DNA of 64,000 nucleotides, taken from positions 7,502,001 through 7,566,000 of the forward strand of contig OZ059896.1 of NCBI GenBank assembly GCA_964057225.1. Reading direction: 5' to 3'. The position numbers and the translations under genes were made by a program. The stretch is from Auanema rhodensis. Its lineage: Eukaryota > Animalia > Nematoda. A model generated the notes under the pieces. That model saw nothing but the letters and a program-made list of their open reading frames with translations, did no database searches and had not been told where the DNA came from. Positions 25,713 through 38,400 of this stretch are shown piece by piece (positions within the stretch are counted from its first letter, which is position 1; every line of letters begins with the position of its first letter).

Positions 25713-28700
25713 CTAATATGAAATGCCCTTTTTCGCATTCTTTCGACTCTTTCTTGGATGTCTTATAGAAGATTTGGGATGTTCTCGATATTCAGCCACA
25801 AAGCCTTTTTCTTCTTCAGAATCATCAGTATGTAATATAAGTAAAAGATCTGTTCCTAAAGAAAAACATCTATATATATGATTTTCTTTTATTATATTGA
25901 AAATATTATATATACCTGTGCTTATAAATGGACCTGGAATATCATCTCCACAGAATCGTCCAAATAATAATTCAGGAGATGGCTCTAATCCATCATAAAC
26001 CTTAAAACTTTTGTTGATTTTGCTTATAATATATATTAAACCTCAATATAATCATATTGACATGTTGTTTCTGTTTCAATATTAAACGATGTCAACTCAA
26101 TTTTAACTCCTCGACGTGATGATGTTGATGAGATACGCCACCAACAATCCTGAAATCAATTATTATAGTTAAATCATATTTAATTATTATTCTTACTTGA
26201 CTTTTTCCATATTTATTATCACTATATGTTGCATGTGAATAAATATGTCCAGGTGATGTTTCAGCTGTTAATGACCCTCCACAAACTATTTCAAAATTCA
26301 TATAACTTATGTAATCAATTATACACATCATACCTGAAGCATATTGAGCTTCAAATCCTCGACGTGCAACAGATGCATCAGAAGAAAATAAGAGGAACAT
26401 CTGATTAGTTGAAGACAAGATTAGAGGAGGCACATTGATTCCACAATAAATTCCTTTAATATTATAGAAATGTAAATATAAACATCGGCTTTTCATATAC
26501 CTGTCATAGTTGCAGAAAAATCTCCACCATCAAAAATACTAACAAAATCATATTTACATTGTGAATGTTCTTCAATTTGAAAAAATGAAAATGTCTAAAT
26601 ATAGAAATATATATATATATATATATATATATTAAATAATTATAAATTATTTTACCAGCATAACCCGATGTCCTGGAGTTGTAACAAAATGCCAAGTGCA
26701 ATTTTGATTCTTTGCATAATCTTTTGGAAAATTTGGAGATGTTATTTCACCTGAAATATATATATATATATATATTATATAATATAATTGTTATTAAAAT
26801 ATTAATATATAATTTATAATGTATAAACAAAATTAAATATTAAAAAGTCTGATTGAAAACATACCATTTGGCTCATTTAATTCAAAAATGCATCCACCTT
26901 CTTTACAGTTTCGTCCATCAGATGCTAATACAAATCCAGCGTGACAAGAACAAATATGTGAGCCTTTAAATAAATAAATAAATTATTATTATTATTATTA
27001 TATAACTATATACTAGTTATATATTGAAGAAAATAACAAGAAAACTTTATATCATTTTTAGAAACAAATCAATACATACCTAATCGATTTTGACATACAT
27101 GTTCGCAACCTCCATTATTTATTTGACATTCATCAAAATCAGCTTGAAAACTTGCTGTGAAACCTAATCGTTCTACAGAAGAATCAGAAACAAATTTAAC
27201 ACGTAAACGATTTCCATTCGATGTAAATAGTAATGGTTCATCTGAATAAAAAATATTTTATATTTTACTAATAGTCAATAAATGACTAACTGTATTCTCC
27301 ACAAAGTTTATCACCATTACCAATTTGTAGATAATCATATGAACATTCATTTCTCATACCCTTAATTATATTAAAAATTTTAAAAATTATATATATTAGG
27401 TTGTCTAATTGAAACATAGTGGCCTTATGTAGCCCCAAAGAAAACTTAAAAAAAAAACATAAAATTGTAAAAGTTTTTCATCTCTAAAATAATTTTCCTG
27501 ATTCTCTATCACTTTCTTCTAATTCTTTCTAATTCCTTTACTGAAAAATGCTTTAGGTTTAGAATCCAAAAAAATTTTTAACATTTTTATGGTTTTTCCA
27601 TAAGGAAGAGTCTCATAGTAGAGAATTCTGATTTTTTCCCAGAAACCGGAGGGCTATTTACGAGTTGCACCGGGTCTCTGACGATCTCCGAGATCTATCT
27701 CGCCGGTTTTGAAGTTATTTTGTATTCGTTTAAATATATATTTAAATTTTATTTTTATTTGTAAAATTTTCAAAATTTTTGAAAAAATTAATAGGGGGGG
27801 CAAGTTTCAATTAGACGGCCTAATATATAATCAAAATAGATATTGAAAACTGTTATACAATTATTATGTAGTTATTTTTAACTTGTTTTGCAAAAGTTCT
27901 GTAGTTCTTACTTCTATGTTAAACGCAGAAAAGTTCAAGAAAATTTGATAGCCAACTTCAGCTTCAATCTCCCAAATACAATTTTTTGAAGAAGGATAAT
28001 GATTGGGGAAATTTGGCGAAGAGAACATTCCTTCTGAAGATTTGAGAAATCCACCACATGTACCTATATAGAATATAATTATAAAATAATTGATTATCAA
28101 GAAATATTATGATAAATCAATCAGATATTCCACTTACTTTCACATGTTTTTCCATCTGGGCGAAGGCTAAACCCGACATTACAAGAACATGTAAAACCTC
28201 CAATAATATTAATACAATTGTGTTCACAGTTATCAAGTCCTTTTGAACATTCATCAAGTTCTTTCATAAAATGAATTTCAAATCCTGATTTTTGTACTGA
28301 ATTATCGGAGAAAAATCTTGAAAAATAATAAATTCACATATAATTGTATTGATGTTTCATCTATTACCTAAGAGTTAGTACATTACTTTTCTTAGTAACT
28401 ATTTGAGTATCACTAACTTGTCCACATAACACACTTAATGGATTAGATACATCTAAGCCTTCGTATAATATTAATCGATCATATATACAGTCTTTATGTT
28501 GTTCTAACTACAAAAGAAAAATAAATATATCATATGATATAATATAATATATTTTGATGAAACTTACATGAAAATAAACAACTTCTAATGCTACTTGATG
28601 GCCTTCTGATACGTGAATTGTCCATAAACAATCTGAATTTGGAGGATAAGACTCCGGATAGCGTGGGCTCTAAATAAATAAAAATAAAACTAATTGCTTT

Positions 28701-30803
28701 GCATAAACATTTATATATATAGATAGATAGATATATAGATAGATATTACTTGAATAATTCCACTATCAGCATAAATTGGTCCACCACAAACAGCGTAATA
28801 GGTTCCAATAATAGATTTTACTGGAATAGCTGAATGCATTTCAATATACATACGATTTCCAGTAGATACAACAGTTCGAAAGTTCTGCTCATCACCACAA
28901 ATTTTGTCTGAAGAAAATATTTTTTTAGTCAAAATATTAAAATAACTGAATATTTACCCAACGTAGCAGATTTTGGAGTACTTCCATCACGTATAGTAAT
29001 GGCATTTTCTACTTCAGATGTACATGATCGTTTTGGAATTGATAGATGTAACCCTAAAATAAACTATATGTATAATAATCTAACCGTATAACGCTTAATG
29101 CTAATTATAAATAATAATATATTCCACGTACGTGTAATTTGTTATTTCGACCAAAGTTAATTATAAATATGCTAATGAGTATTGACTTACCAGTTAAATT
29201 GAAAAACACTGTATGGCCTTCGGGAGCAATAATTTTCCAAACACATTTTCCTTTTTTAGTTGCTTGTATATCACCTGTTTCTTGTATTAATGTTGATCCA
29301 CATACTTAATCAAATAAATATTTAATTTTAAATTATAATATATGTATATTCTATATAGTTACCTGCACATTTATATAATTTTTTAGCTTGTCTTATATCG
29401 CCTTCACTTAATTGAATGCGTTGTCCAATTTCAGAACGAAAACCTTATCAATATATAAATATTATTAATTATATATTGTTTATACAATTGAAATACCTGA
29501 TGATGGTTTAGGTAGAATAGTATCATGGAATGTTCCTCTACTAAATGTATCTCTAGCATAATGCATAATTGAATTAAAATCATATGGTTCTCCTAATGAA
29601 TCTACTTCATCATGTTTTGATTTCTCAAAATTATAATCTTGTCCTATAATATTATTTTGTATATTATATAGAAGTATATAGTATGATGTAATGTATTTAT
29701 AAATTAACCTGGTTGAATACTTTTATAAAATATATCAACGAATTGATCACGATCCGGTCTAGTATGTTCATGCCAAAAGCCCACAGCATGTCCTAGTTCA
29801 TGAACAACTATTCCAAACTTATCGCAGTTTTTGCCTATTGAAATGGCTTGAGGTCCGTCCGTACGACGTCCCACATACGAACAACAGCTGGAATAAGGAA
29901 CTAGATGAGTTATCTTTCTCTCGTAACATTGGAAAAGAAAAGAAGAGAGAAAATATGAGGAGAATAGAGTTTGAACTGAAAATAGCAGGAGAAGAATGAT
30001 GAATAGATTTTCTTTTTCAATTGTGTTCGAAATAAACAAAACGAAACTGTTTGTGTTCAGTGAAAAAATGATCAAGCATAGAGTCAGAGTTCAAAATCAA
30101 ATTGTTGGATTAATAAAACAGTTGCTTAACAAACTTTCAAACTTGAATATAAAAACTTAATGTTCAAAGTAATTATTATTGTATTTAAGGATTTCAAAAT
30201 TTTAAAAGTTTCTAAATCAATATTTAACAAACTTTCAGATTTTCTATATAAAGTATTTATAAAATTTGTGACTTAGCAGAATAAAACATAAAAATATTTA
30301 ATAAATATAATACGAATAATCTTATTTTTTATTAAATTTCTAACAAAGAAAAATTATTTACCCGCATTTATCAACAGTAAACATGATATAGTGTCGATGT
30401 TGTTTCTGTCTTGGAACAAATGTCACACATGTATGATTTTCCCAATGTTTCATTGCTCGAGCAAAAAGATTTTTGTGATCTCCTAAATAAAATATATGTT
30501 ATATTATTATTATTATTATTATTTACCTGAAAAGTTAGCTGCTATAACATACGGTATGATGCCATCCGGCCAAATGCGCTCTTTACGAGCTGTAGCAGCT
30601 CGCCGAAATCGAGAATGCACTTCTACTTTTGAATGAGATTCATTTAATGAGTTTGAAAGTATAACTTCATTTGAAGCTAGATGATATGAATGATAATACC
30701 GTCTGAATAGGATTTGGTCTTCTGAATCAAGAAAGTGACCGGGAATGAATTGTAACCAAATTATTATAAAAAATGGAATATTAGTATCTAGAAAATATCG
30801 CAT
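25713..30803 (-). CDS. nas-39: Tolloid/BMP-1 astacin metalloprotease (astacin-CUB-CUB-EGF-CUB-EGF-CUB-CUB)
   Basis: Furin site RFRR followed by [25 protein letters not shown]; zinc motif [19 protein letters not shown]; Met-turn SIMHY; CUB starts ([51 protein letters not shown]) and two EGF exons. The catalytic domain is near-identical to C. elegans NAS-39 as recalled. Stop TAG at 25715-25713. Confidence 0.95.
27396..27823. mobile_element. Non-autonomous Tc1/mariner-type MITE (428 bp) in a nas-39 intron
   Basis: Left end TTAGGTTGTCTAATTGAAAC (27396-27415); the right end 27804-27823 reverse-complements to TTAGGCCGTCTAATTGAAAC (18/20 identical). TA flanks both ends (27394-27395, 27824-27825). 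A TTAGG terminus and TA target site are typical of mariner elements. No transposase ORF inside. Confidence 0.8.
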
Positions 30804-31124
30804 AGTATTGGTACATATGATTTCCAAAAGTATATTCAGTATTTTCTGAAACGTTCCGAACCAAAGGGAATGCTTAGCAGTGTATTGGAGATCACTTGAC
30901 TGGCTGCAGAATAGAGTATACCTTGTCTGTTCAGTAAGCTTTGAAGATTATGATCGGAAATAGATAGGGACTAGAAGGGTGTCCAGTGAGTTTCCTATGA
31001 GAGGAAGACGACGAGAAAATGATGAGCAGAGGAAACACAGTCCGTGTCTCTTCAGCAGTCCATTCGTGCCAAGACATCTGTTCCTTGTTTTCTCATCGAC
31101 CTATCGTCTATCCCCCTTCTTGTT

Positions 31125-32195
31125 TCTGATCATCATCGACTTATTTCGGATAGAATAAATTCATCAACACTATTCATATCAAAATGTTTATCTATACGTA
31201 TAATAAAAGCATCAATTCCAGATGATTTTGTTTCAATTGGTCCACAGCATATTTTCTTTGAACTAATTTTGAATAGTAAATTGATCTCTTCATACATACA
31301 AAATCACATTTCCGTCATAAATCGATTGTTTATTACACTTTTTGGATAACGATGATGTAACTTCTGGTCGAAAAAGCTGCAAGAGCAGAAGCACTGTGAT
31401 GGCCAGGTGCATCGTATATCCTTTTCTTCAACATATTCCCATATTCGTACATATTCTCTAATAATTCTTCTTAAAAGTCAATTTTATTTTCTAAACTATA
31501 AATGAATTTTCTATACAAAGATTAAAACCAAAACATAGAAAACATTTTCTATATTACTTTGTTCTTCCTTATTTTAAGTTTAAACATATGAATGATAGGT
31601 ATTTTTCCCTTCTTTTACCATTTTTCTTCATTTTTTTCAGCCATTTTAAGGCTTTTATATCTTTGCTTTTCATATAATTTACTATTTCTAAAGGTGTATC
31701 TAATTCAATTGAGGTAAGTAATGAAGTTTGTCTCGATTTTGGAAGTAACAGACCCATTGGATCTCTTAAAAATGCAGGGAAAATTGTTGATTTCTAGCTT
31801 TTCTACAATATTCAGAAGATCTAGATTGGTCAATGGCTTCAGGTCTTTTGTAGAATGCATTTATTAAGCTTATTTTTCATTCAAATTTGTTAGTGCACTT
31901 TTCTCGACCACTTCACCAATTCGACAATTTTTTTAAATTGTTTGAAGAAGTGTAAAATACCTATTATTCATATTAATATATGATTTTAATCCTAAATTTT
32001 ATATAATATTCTATAAATTATTTATAAATTATACATATATATAATATTATTGTTAAATGGTCTAGGAAACATTCTTTCTAAAGAAATTGAAGACCGTTTT
32101 TTACAACATCCAACTATGTTCTCCTATACCACATCTCTCTTTCTTGTCTCCATAATACACAACAACGCGGCTGTTGTTATTACGGAAAGATGTAT
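31125..32195 (-). pseudogene. Decayed coding-like segment, possibly including a Maverick/Polinton adenain-protease N-terminal relic
   Basis: Several 30-60 codon protein-like pieces broken by stops and frameshifts. 31860-31768 reads MHSTKDLKPLTNLDLLNIVEKLEINNFPCIF and continues after a one-base shift as RDPMGLLLPKSRQ...LDTPLEIVNYMK. Confidence 0.25.
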
Positions 32196-32504
32196 GTCCG
32201 TATCTATATAGTTTTAGAATAAAAGATTATTTCACTTTATATTTCAACTTATTCTACAATTCATCTTTTTTTCAAAAAAAAAAACAAAAAAAAACAAAAC
32301 AAAACAAGAAACTTTAATTTCACATAAATTATTGATTTATCATAAGAGCATAATAAAGCATTTCATTAATTTCTTTTTTCTTTTTGAACGACAAGTCTCT
32401 AATATAATTACTTTTGTAACGAAAAAATATTTCTTTTTATTTTGTTAGTTTTGTTTTTGTTATATTATACAGTATACAATTAAATATTTGTAATACTATA
32501 AGTA

Positions 32505-34568
32505 TTATCCATTTCCAAAGTTAAAACCTCCTCCATTTCCATTGCCACCAAATATTTGAGTGAATAAATCGAATATTTTACTTCCTTCAGAAACACTAAC
32601 ACCAGGAAGAATTGGAACTGAAATTAGAAATAGCATTTTCCATTATTACATATCTACAAGTCGTTTTTTTGAAATTGAGAGATATAATCTTACGTGAAGG
32701 CTGAGCTGTTGTAGTTGATGGTGGTGGCAATGAAATACATTTTTCTGCTCTTCTCTCGAATCCGCATCTGAACGATTGAAAACAAAAGTTATTCGGATTT
32801 ATTGATGACATACCGACACATACAACGTCCGCGATAGCATCCTGAATTCATTGGACACTGCTTCTGAATAAAGCATTGTCCACCCAAAGCTACTGGCTAA
32901 AATAAGATTTGATTATTGATTGGTTTTCACAAAATATAATATTTATAACATACTTTCATACAGCTTGTATCTCTGCTGAGATTTTCTTGAGAACAATCAC
33001 GGGAACATGTTTGAGATGGATTCTTTAATGGATGAGTCAGAGTATCAACTGTTGGATGAAAACCATCCATGCATTGACATTGACCCTACAATTCAAAATA
33101 TATATTAAATGTATTTGAAATAAATTAAAATACTTTAACACATTCCATTCCTTCACCACCACCACATTGTGCATTTGTTACACATTGACTGTTTAATTGT
33201 CCACGTGGAAGACATTGATGATTTGCATAAAGAGCATTTGGAGCCATCGCATTACATGGACGACGACAACAGACTGCCATTGAAAATCCTCCATCTATAG
33301 ATATCTCTCTTGTCAATAACAAGATTAGAATGTTAAATAATACCAGACAAATAATGACAAAAATGAGTATCCGATGGACATTTAATAGTTGTATTGGCAT
33401 CAGGATCACATGAATATCTTGTATCAGCATGTGAAGCTAATGGACAAACAACTGGACAACAATGTCCGACTGGGCTATCAGCAGCAGTTATACAAACTTG
33501 GCCAATTGGACAATTATCTTGATCAGACGGAAAATTGAAAGCCTGTAAAACAGAATTAAATAATGAAGTATTATTATTATTTTTTTCATTACGAGGCTTG
33601 AATCAGTACGACGGACACAGCTCTGACCTGGTAGACCCCCCAGCGGACAATTAGCTGCAGCTACACATCGAGTACCCTAAGAAAAAAACAGAATAAAGTT
33701 TTTTTGTTCTATCAAATACTTGCTGAATTGTTCCACTGATGCAAACGCATTGTGAGTTCAAACATGCTGAGAACGGAGCTGAGCAATCATAATGACGACT
33801 ACAGCGATCACCCACATTTGAAGCTGGAAATGAGAATATTTTTACTGTTTAAAAAACTTTTTTTAATTTAAAAAAATCAAGTTTTCGAAATTGTATATCA
33901 GAATATTTTATATATATATATATATATTATTCGATGCCGACCATGTTATTATGCTGTGCATTACGTATGCTGCTGCATTCATTTGCTGCAGAATCATGGA
34001 AGCGGTTGTTCACAAAGAAAACGAATATACAACACTTACTTATTACGCATTCAGAGTTAGATACACGTGTATTACCACGTTGTACACATTGACATTCACC
34101 ATTTCTGCAAAACAGCGGTTCACGGCATTTTAATGCTCCACAGGGTGCTCCTATCTTTGATGGTACTATAAAAAAACAAAAACAAAGGGGTTTTTTCTTG
34201 AGAAATTTCTAAAAACGTACAAATTTTACAACTCCATCGTCCTTTTTCATCTGCTATTTCCCCATAGTGAGGATGACATCTGAATCGTTTGGAGTATGAA
34301 ACCAATACAATTGTTTTAAGCTAACCTGCATTTGCCCCGTAAACAAATGGATCCTTTGAGTTCACAATCAGAATTGACATCGCAAGACCCGTTTAATTTA
34401 GATTTTCCTGAAAAATTACTCACTTACTCGTTATCATAAAGTGCAACAAATCAACTTAGACAACATACCATTGCACGGAGTAAATTGCTGCCCTAGAGCA
34501 GGAGCTAGTAAGCTACATATTGACACAATTATTAATATTTTATTAAATAAAGAAATAGCGGATTCCAT
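32505..34568 (-). CDS. Secreted cysteine-rich protein with EB-module and worm-specific Cys repeat (WR1/DC-like) units
   Basis: Signal-peptide-like start MESAISLFNKILIIVSICSLLAPALG-QQ, then phase-consistent exons with repeated Cys units (LNGSCDVNSDCELKGSICLRGKCRC; VGDRCSRHYDCSAPFSACLNSQCVC; CPIGQVC...GHCCP; LNSQCVTNAQCGGGEGMECVKGQCQC; LGGQCFIQKQCPMNSGCYRGRCMC), a Pro/Thr linker and a Gly/Asn-rich tail ending FGGNGNGGGFNFGNG*. The gene model is solid; the domain names are inference. Confidence 0.85.
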
Positions 34569-35443
34569 GTTAGTATATTCTAGGTGAATCGACATGGATA
34601 ATGACCTATTTCGTTTATTGATTTTCCTTGCGCACTCCAAATTCTTGTATCTCTGTCCTTTCCTTAGTTTCTTCGATTATCGTCGTGTCATCATTTCTTA
34701 TAATTGGCTTGATAACTTTGTGTGATTGTATATGTATATGTGTATGTGTAATTGTAAATGAATAGCTTGTAAATTAAATACAACAAAGGAACTGAAGTTC
34801 ATTTTCAGCTCAAATGGAAAGGACAAAATTGGGGAAAATTTTGCTAAAAGCCACCGGACTTGATAAAAACACAAGTAATAGGGAACAACATGATGATACA
34901 CAAACATGTACACTGTTTAGAAAACTAACAAAACCAATAAGAGTGGCAAAACAATTAACATACAAATTAAAATTGTACACAATGTTTGCTCCAAAAAAAA
35001 AAAATCAAGGTATTGGCAGCGAGTTTTGCTTTTTTTTGTCTTTCTGATGAAATGAATCTCCTCTACTCTGAATCTACTGTATATTTACATTTTGACTAGA
35101 GATGCTACGGTGCGATAACAACTTGAAGGTAAGTCAGATTCTTGAAATATGAAAATTGAAAAAGTTTAGTTTATAAAAAAAAGCGGCAAGAATAAGTTAG
35201 GAAACCAATAAAATATTCTAGACATACGATAGCTGTTTCAGTCCTTTTTGAAATCTTAAGACTTCATATTCTGTAGATCAGGATAAAAAGAGAGAAAAAA
35301 AAGAATAAGGGAGGGTATAAATGAGGAGATGGTTTAAACGTTTGACACAAATATAACATTCCAGGTAGGGAAAAGTGAGATAAGTAGGAACTTTTTGAAA
35401 CATGAAAGAGGTATCTCTACGTATTCTATTCAAGTTTATAAGC

Positions 35444-38400
35444 TTAGAAGCCATCATCCCAGCCGGAGAACTCATCGGGAGGTACATCCAAATCAGGTGG
35501 ATAATTGTCAAAGTTAGTAACATCAGTTGGATTCGAAACCTAAATTCCACTAATTAGAAAACATAAATAAAAAAATAAAAGTACCTTTGGCAAAATAGGC
35601 GCCTTAAGTGTTCTGCTTCTCAATCCTTCCCAATCGAATCCCATGAACCAACGATGCTTTCTGATATCATTAACTCCACCACTTCCAGATCCTAACCTTT
35701 CAGATGGATTATCTCGACAAAGCTTCTTGACAAGAGCTGTAGCAGTCTTTCCAATACGTCTGCAAAAACAAAACTAGAAAATGGCAAGTAAAACTAAAAA
35801 AAACCTATTGGGAATTTCTAAAGCATCCACTCCCTTAAGAATTAATGTATATGTCTTCATGGGATCACTAGCTTGGAATGGTGGTCTTCCCAACATCAAC
35901 TCACAAATGTAAATACCTTGAAAAATAATAATTTTAGATGAAAGATTTTAAATAATTACCTAATGCCCAGTAATCGGCGGCTTGGTCATGACCCTTGTTG
36001 AGGATAATTTCTGGAGAAACGTATTCAGGTGTTCCACAGAATGTCCATGTTTTACGTCCAGAAGCTAATTTTTTGGCGAAGCCGAAATCAACCTGGAATA
36101 AGGATGCACAATACACGATACATTTAAGTTTATTTTTTACCAATTTTAGGTATCCAGTATCAGTGAGAAGACAATTTTCTGGCTTTAAATCACGATAAAC
36201 AATATGTTTGCGGTGTAGATATTCCAGGCCTTCCAATACACAAGCAACGTAAAAGCGAGCAGTATAGTCATCAAAATGTCCTTAAAAATAAAACTACTAA
36301 TAAAAAAAGAATAAACATCGAACACACCGCGATCACGAAGAGTGGTCCACAATTCTCCTCCAAGACAAACCTCAAGAAGCATATAAACGAACTTTGTGTC
36401 GCGGAAAGTCTTGTATAGCCTAAAACGAGTTTTTTAAAAGGAAAAATGAAATAGAACATACTTAACAATCCAATCTGAATTAGTTTCCATCATAATATTA
36501 CGTTCGGCAAAAATGTGCTCTTGTTGACGAGTATCGACTAAAAAAACAGATGAAAATATATCTACCTCTTAATATACCTATATGCTTTTTCTTCAAAGCT
36601 TTGAGAGCATAAGTCTTTGATTTGTCGCTGTTCAAGCACACCTGCAAAATTAAATTATTTAAGTATTATATAACGATACTTACAAGCTCTACACGTCCAA
36701 AACCACCAACTCCAAGGGTAGCCAATCGCTTGACATTGGATAACTTGATAATATCAAATTCAGCCCGAATATCATCCTAGAAAAAAATTATTGTCAAATA
36801 ATATAACCAAAAACAACAACATACCATTGCTCCAACCTTATCAGGACTAGGCGGCTCTTGAACGGCTCCACCATGAGGTCTAGCATCATCTCCATAGTCC
36901 TTGCGAATAGAATCCAAATCAATCAGTTTTAAGAAAGAGTCCCTTAAATGATAGAGACACATTATTGCCAACTGATCAAATGATGAATTCAAACCTGTCC
37001 AAAGTTAAAACTTCAACTCCAGGGGCCTGTGCGATTATATTAGCAGTACGCACCTCCTCTCCAAGTAAGGCGCGCTCTCCAAAGAAGTCTCCCTACAACA
37101 AAAAAAATAAAAAACGGAACTATTGTTTAACAAGTAAATCATTAACAAAAAAACTTGATTAGAGCAATAAAAAATAAAAATAATGAATGAAAGAACAGTA
37201 TACCTGTCCAAGAACTCGGATTTCGCGTGTCTCATTCTCAAAGGTCTGTGTAACTTTGACCTGTCCACTGTTAATAATAAAGAAAGTATCTCCCTAGAAA
37301 ATAATTGTTTAAGAAAGAAGGATATCATTTAACAAAATAAACAAAATTCAAAATATAATTATTAACCTTTTCTCCTTGTCGAATGATGTAATGTCCTCCA
37401 GCGTAATAATCTTGATCCAAAACATCAGCGATCTTGGTGATACGATCCTCAGACAAATGTTCGAAAATGCTGACCTAAACAATGGTGTTGACGGGTAGGT
37501 CCACATAAAATCAAAAACCTTGCTGAGGAAACTCATTAATTGAGCATGTCGTTCCATACCCAATCGTTGAGTGATTTGTTGGAAAACGCTGCGATCGAGC
37601 ACCCATAACTGTACATCAGTCTTAGCTTGAACAGAAGCAGTTCTGAATAAAAAATGAATAAATATAATAAAAACATTAATGATATAAGCATCAAAAAGCT
37701 AACACTGTCGCAAATGCCAAATACCTTTTTCTTTTCACATTTTGATAGTGTTGTTCTTTCTCACTAATCATATTTTCAGCATAATACCATTGGCTTATTT
37801 TATCCCAAATAAAATATTGAGCATCTTTTAAAACAGATGCAGGAAGAATGCACGCACACATATTAATAGTAATTTACTTAGAGTTTAAAAAAGTAGAAAT
37901 ATAATTGAGATTTATGAGTATTAAAGCGTATTTAAAGCTCGTGCAAACGCCTTAGCATCATATGGTAAGAAAAAGAAGAAGACCAAAATGATCTGAAAGG
38001 ACGTTGGGCATCAAAACTTGACGTGAACGTGTACCTCCTTCTCCTTTTTTCTATCTCTCTCTCTTTATGTTCTTCGAAGCTTGCATCATTTTGCCTTGGG
38101 TCTCATGATTAACTAAGTGTAAAGCAGAACTGCGTGCTAAGAAATCAACTTTCTCCTTATGGTTAGTCATTTAAAACGAAAATGAAATAAAAATCCTTAT
38201 GTACTATTTACAACTTCAGAGTAGTATGTCTAAGCTAATAAGACATTTTAGTTTTTGATTTAATTTATGGATCAACAACCGTTCAACACTTCTGCTCATG
38301 AGAAAATAAAATTAGCTTGTGGGATATAAATCGCATGAGATAGCCATCAATGCCTAATTCTCTCTCGCACAATACTAAGAATTTCTCAAATGAAGAAATA

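Noticed and set aside
27640-27710. GC-rich ~70-nt stretch considered as a tRNA
   Set aside because: No T-arm GTTCRA box or cloverleaf; it is internal to the MITE.
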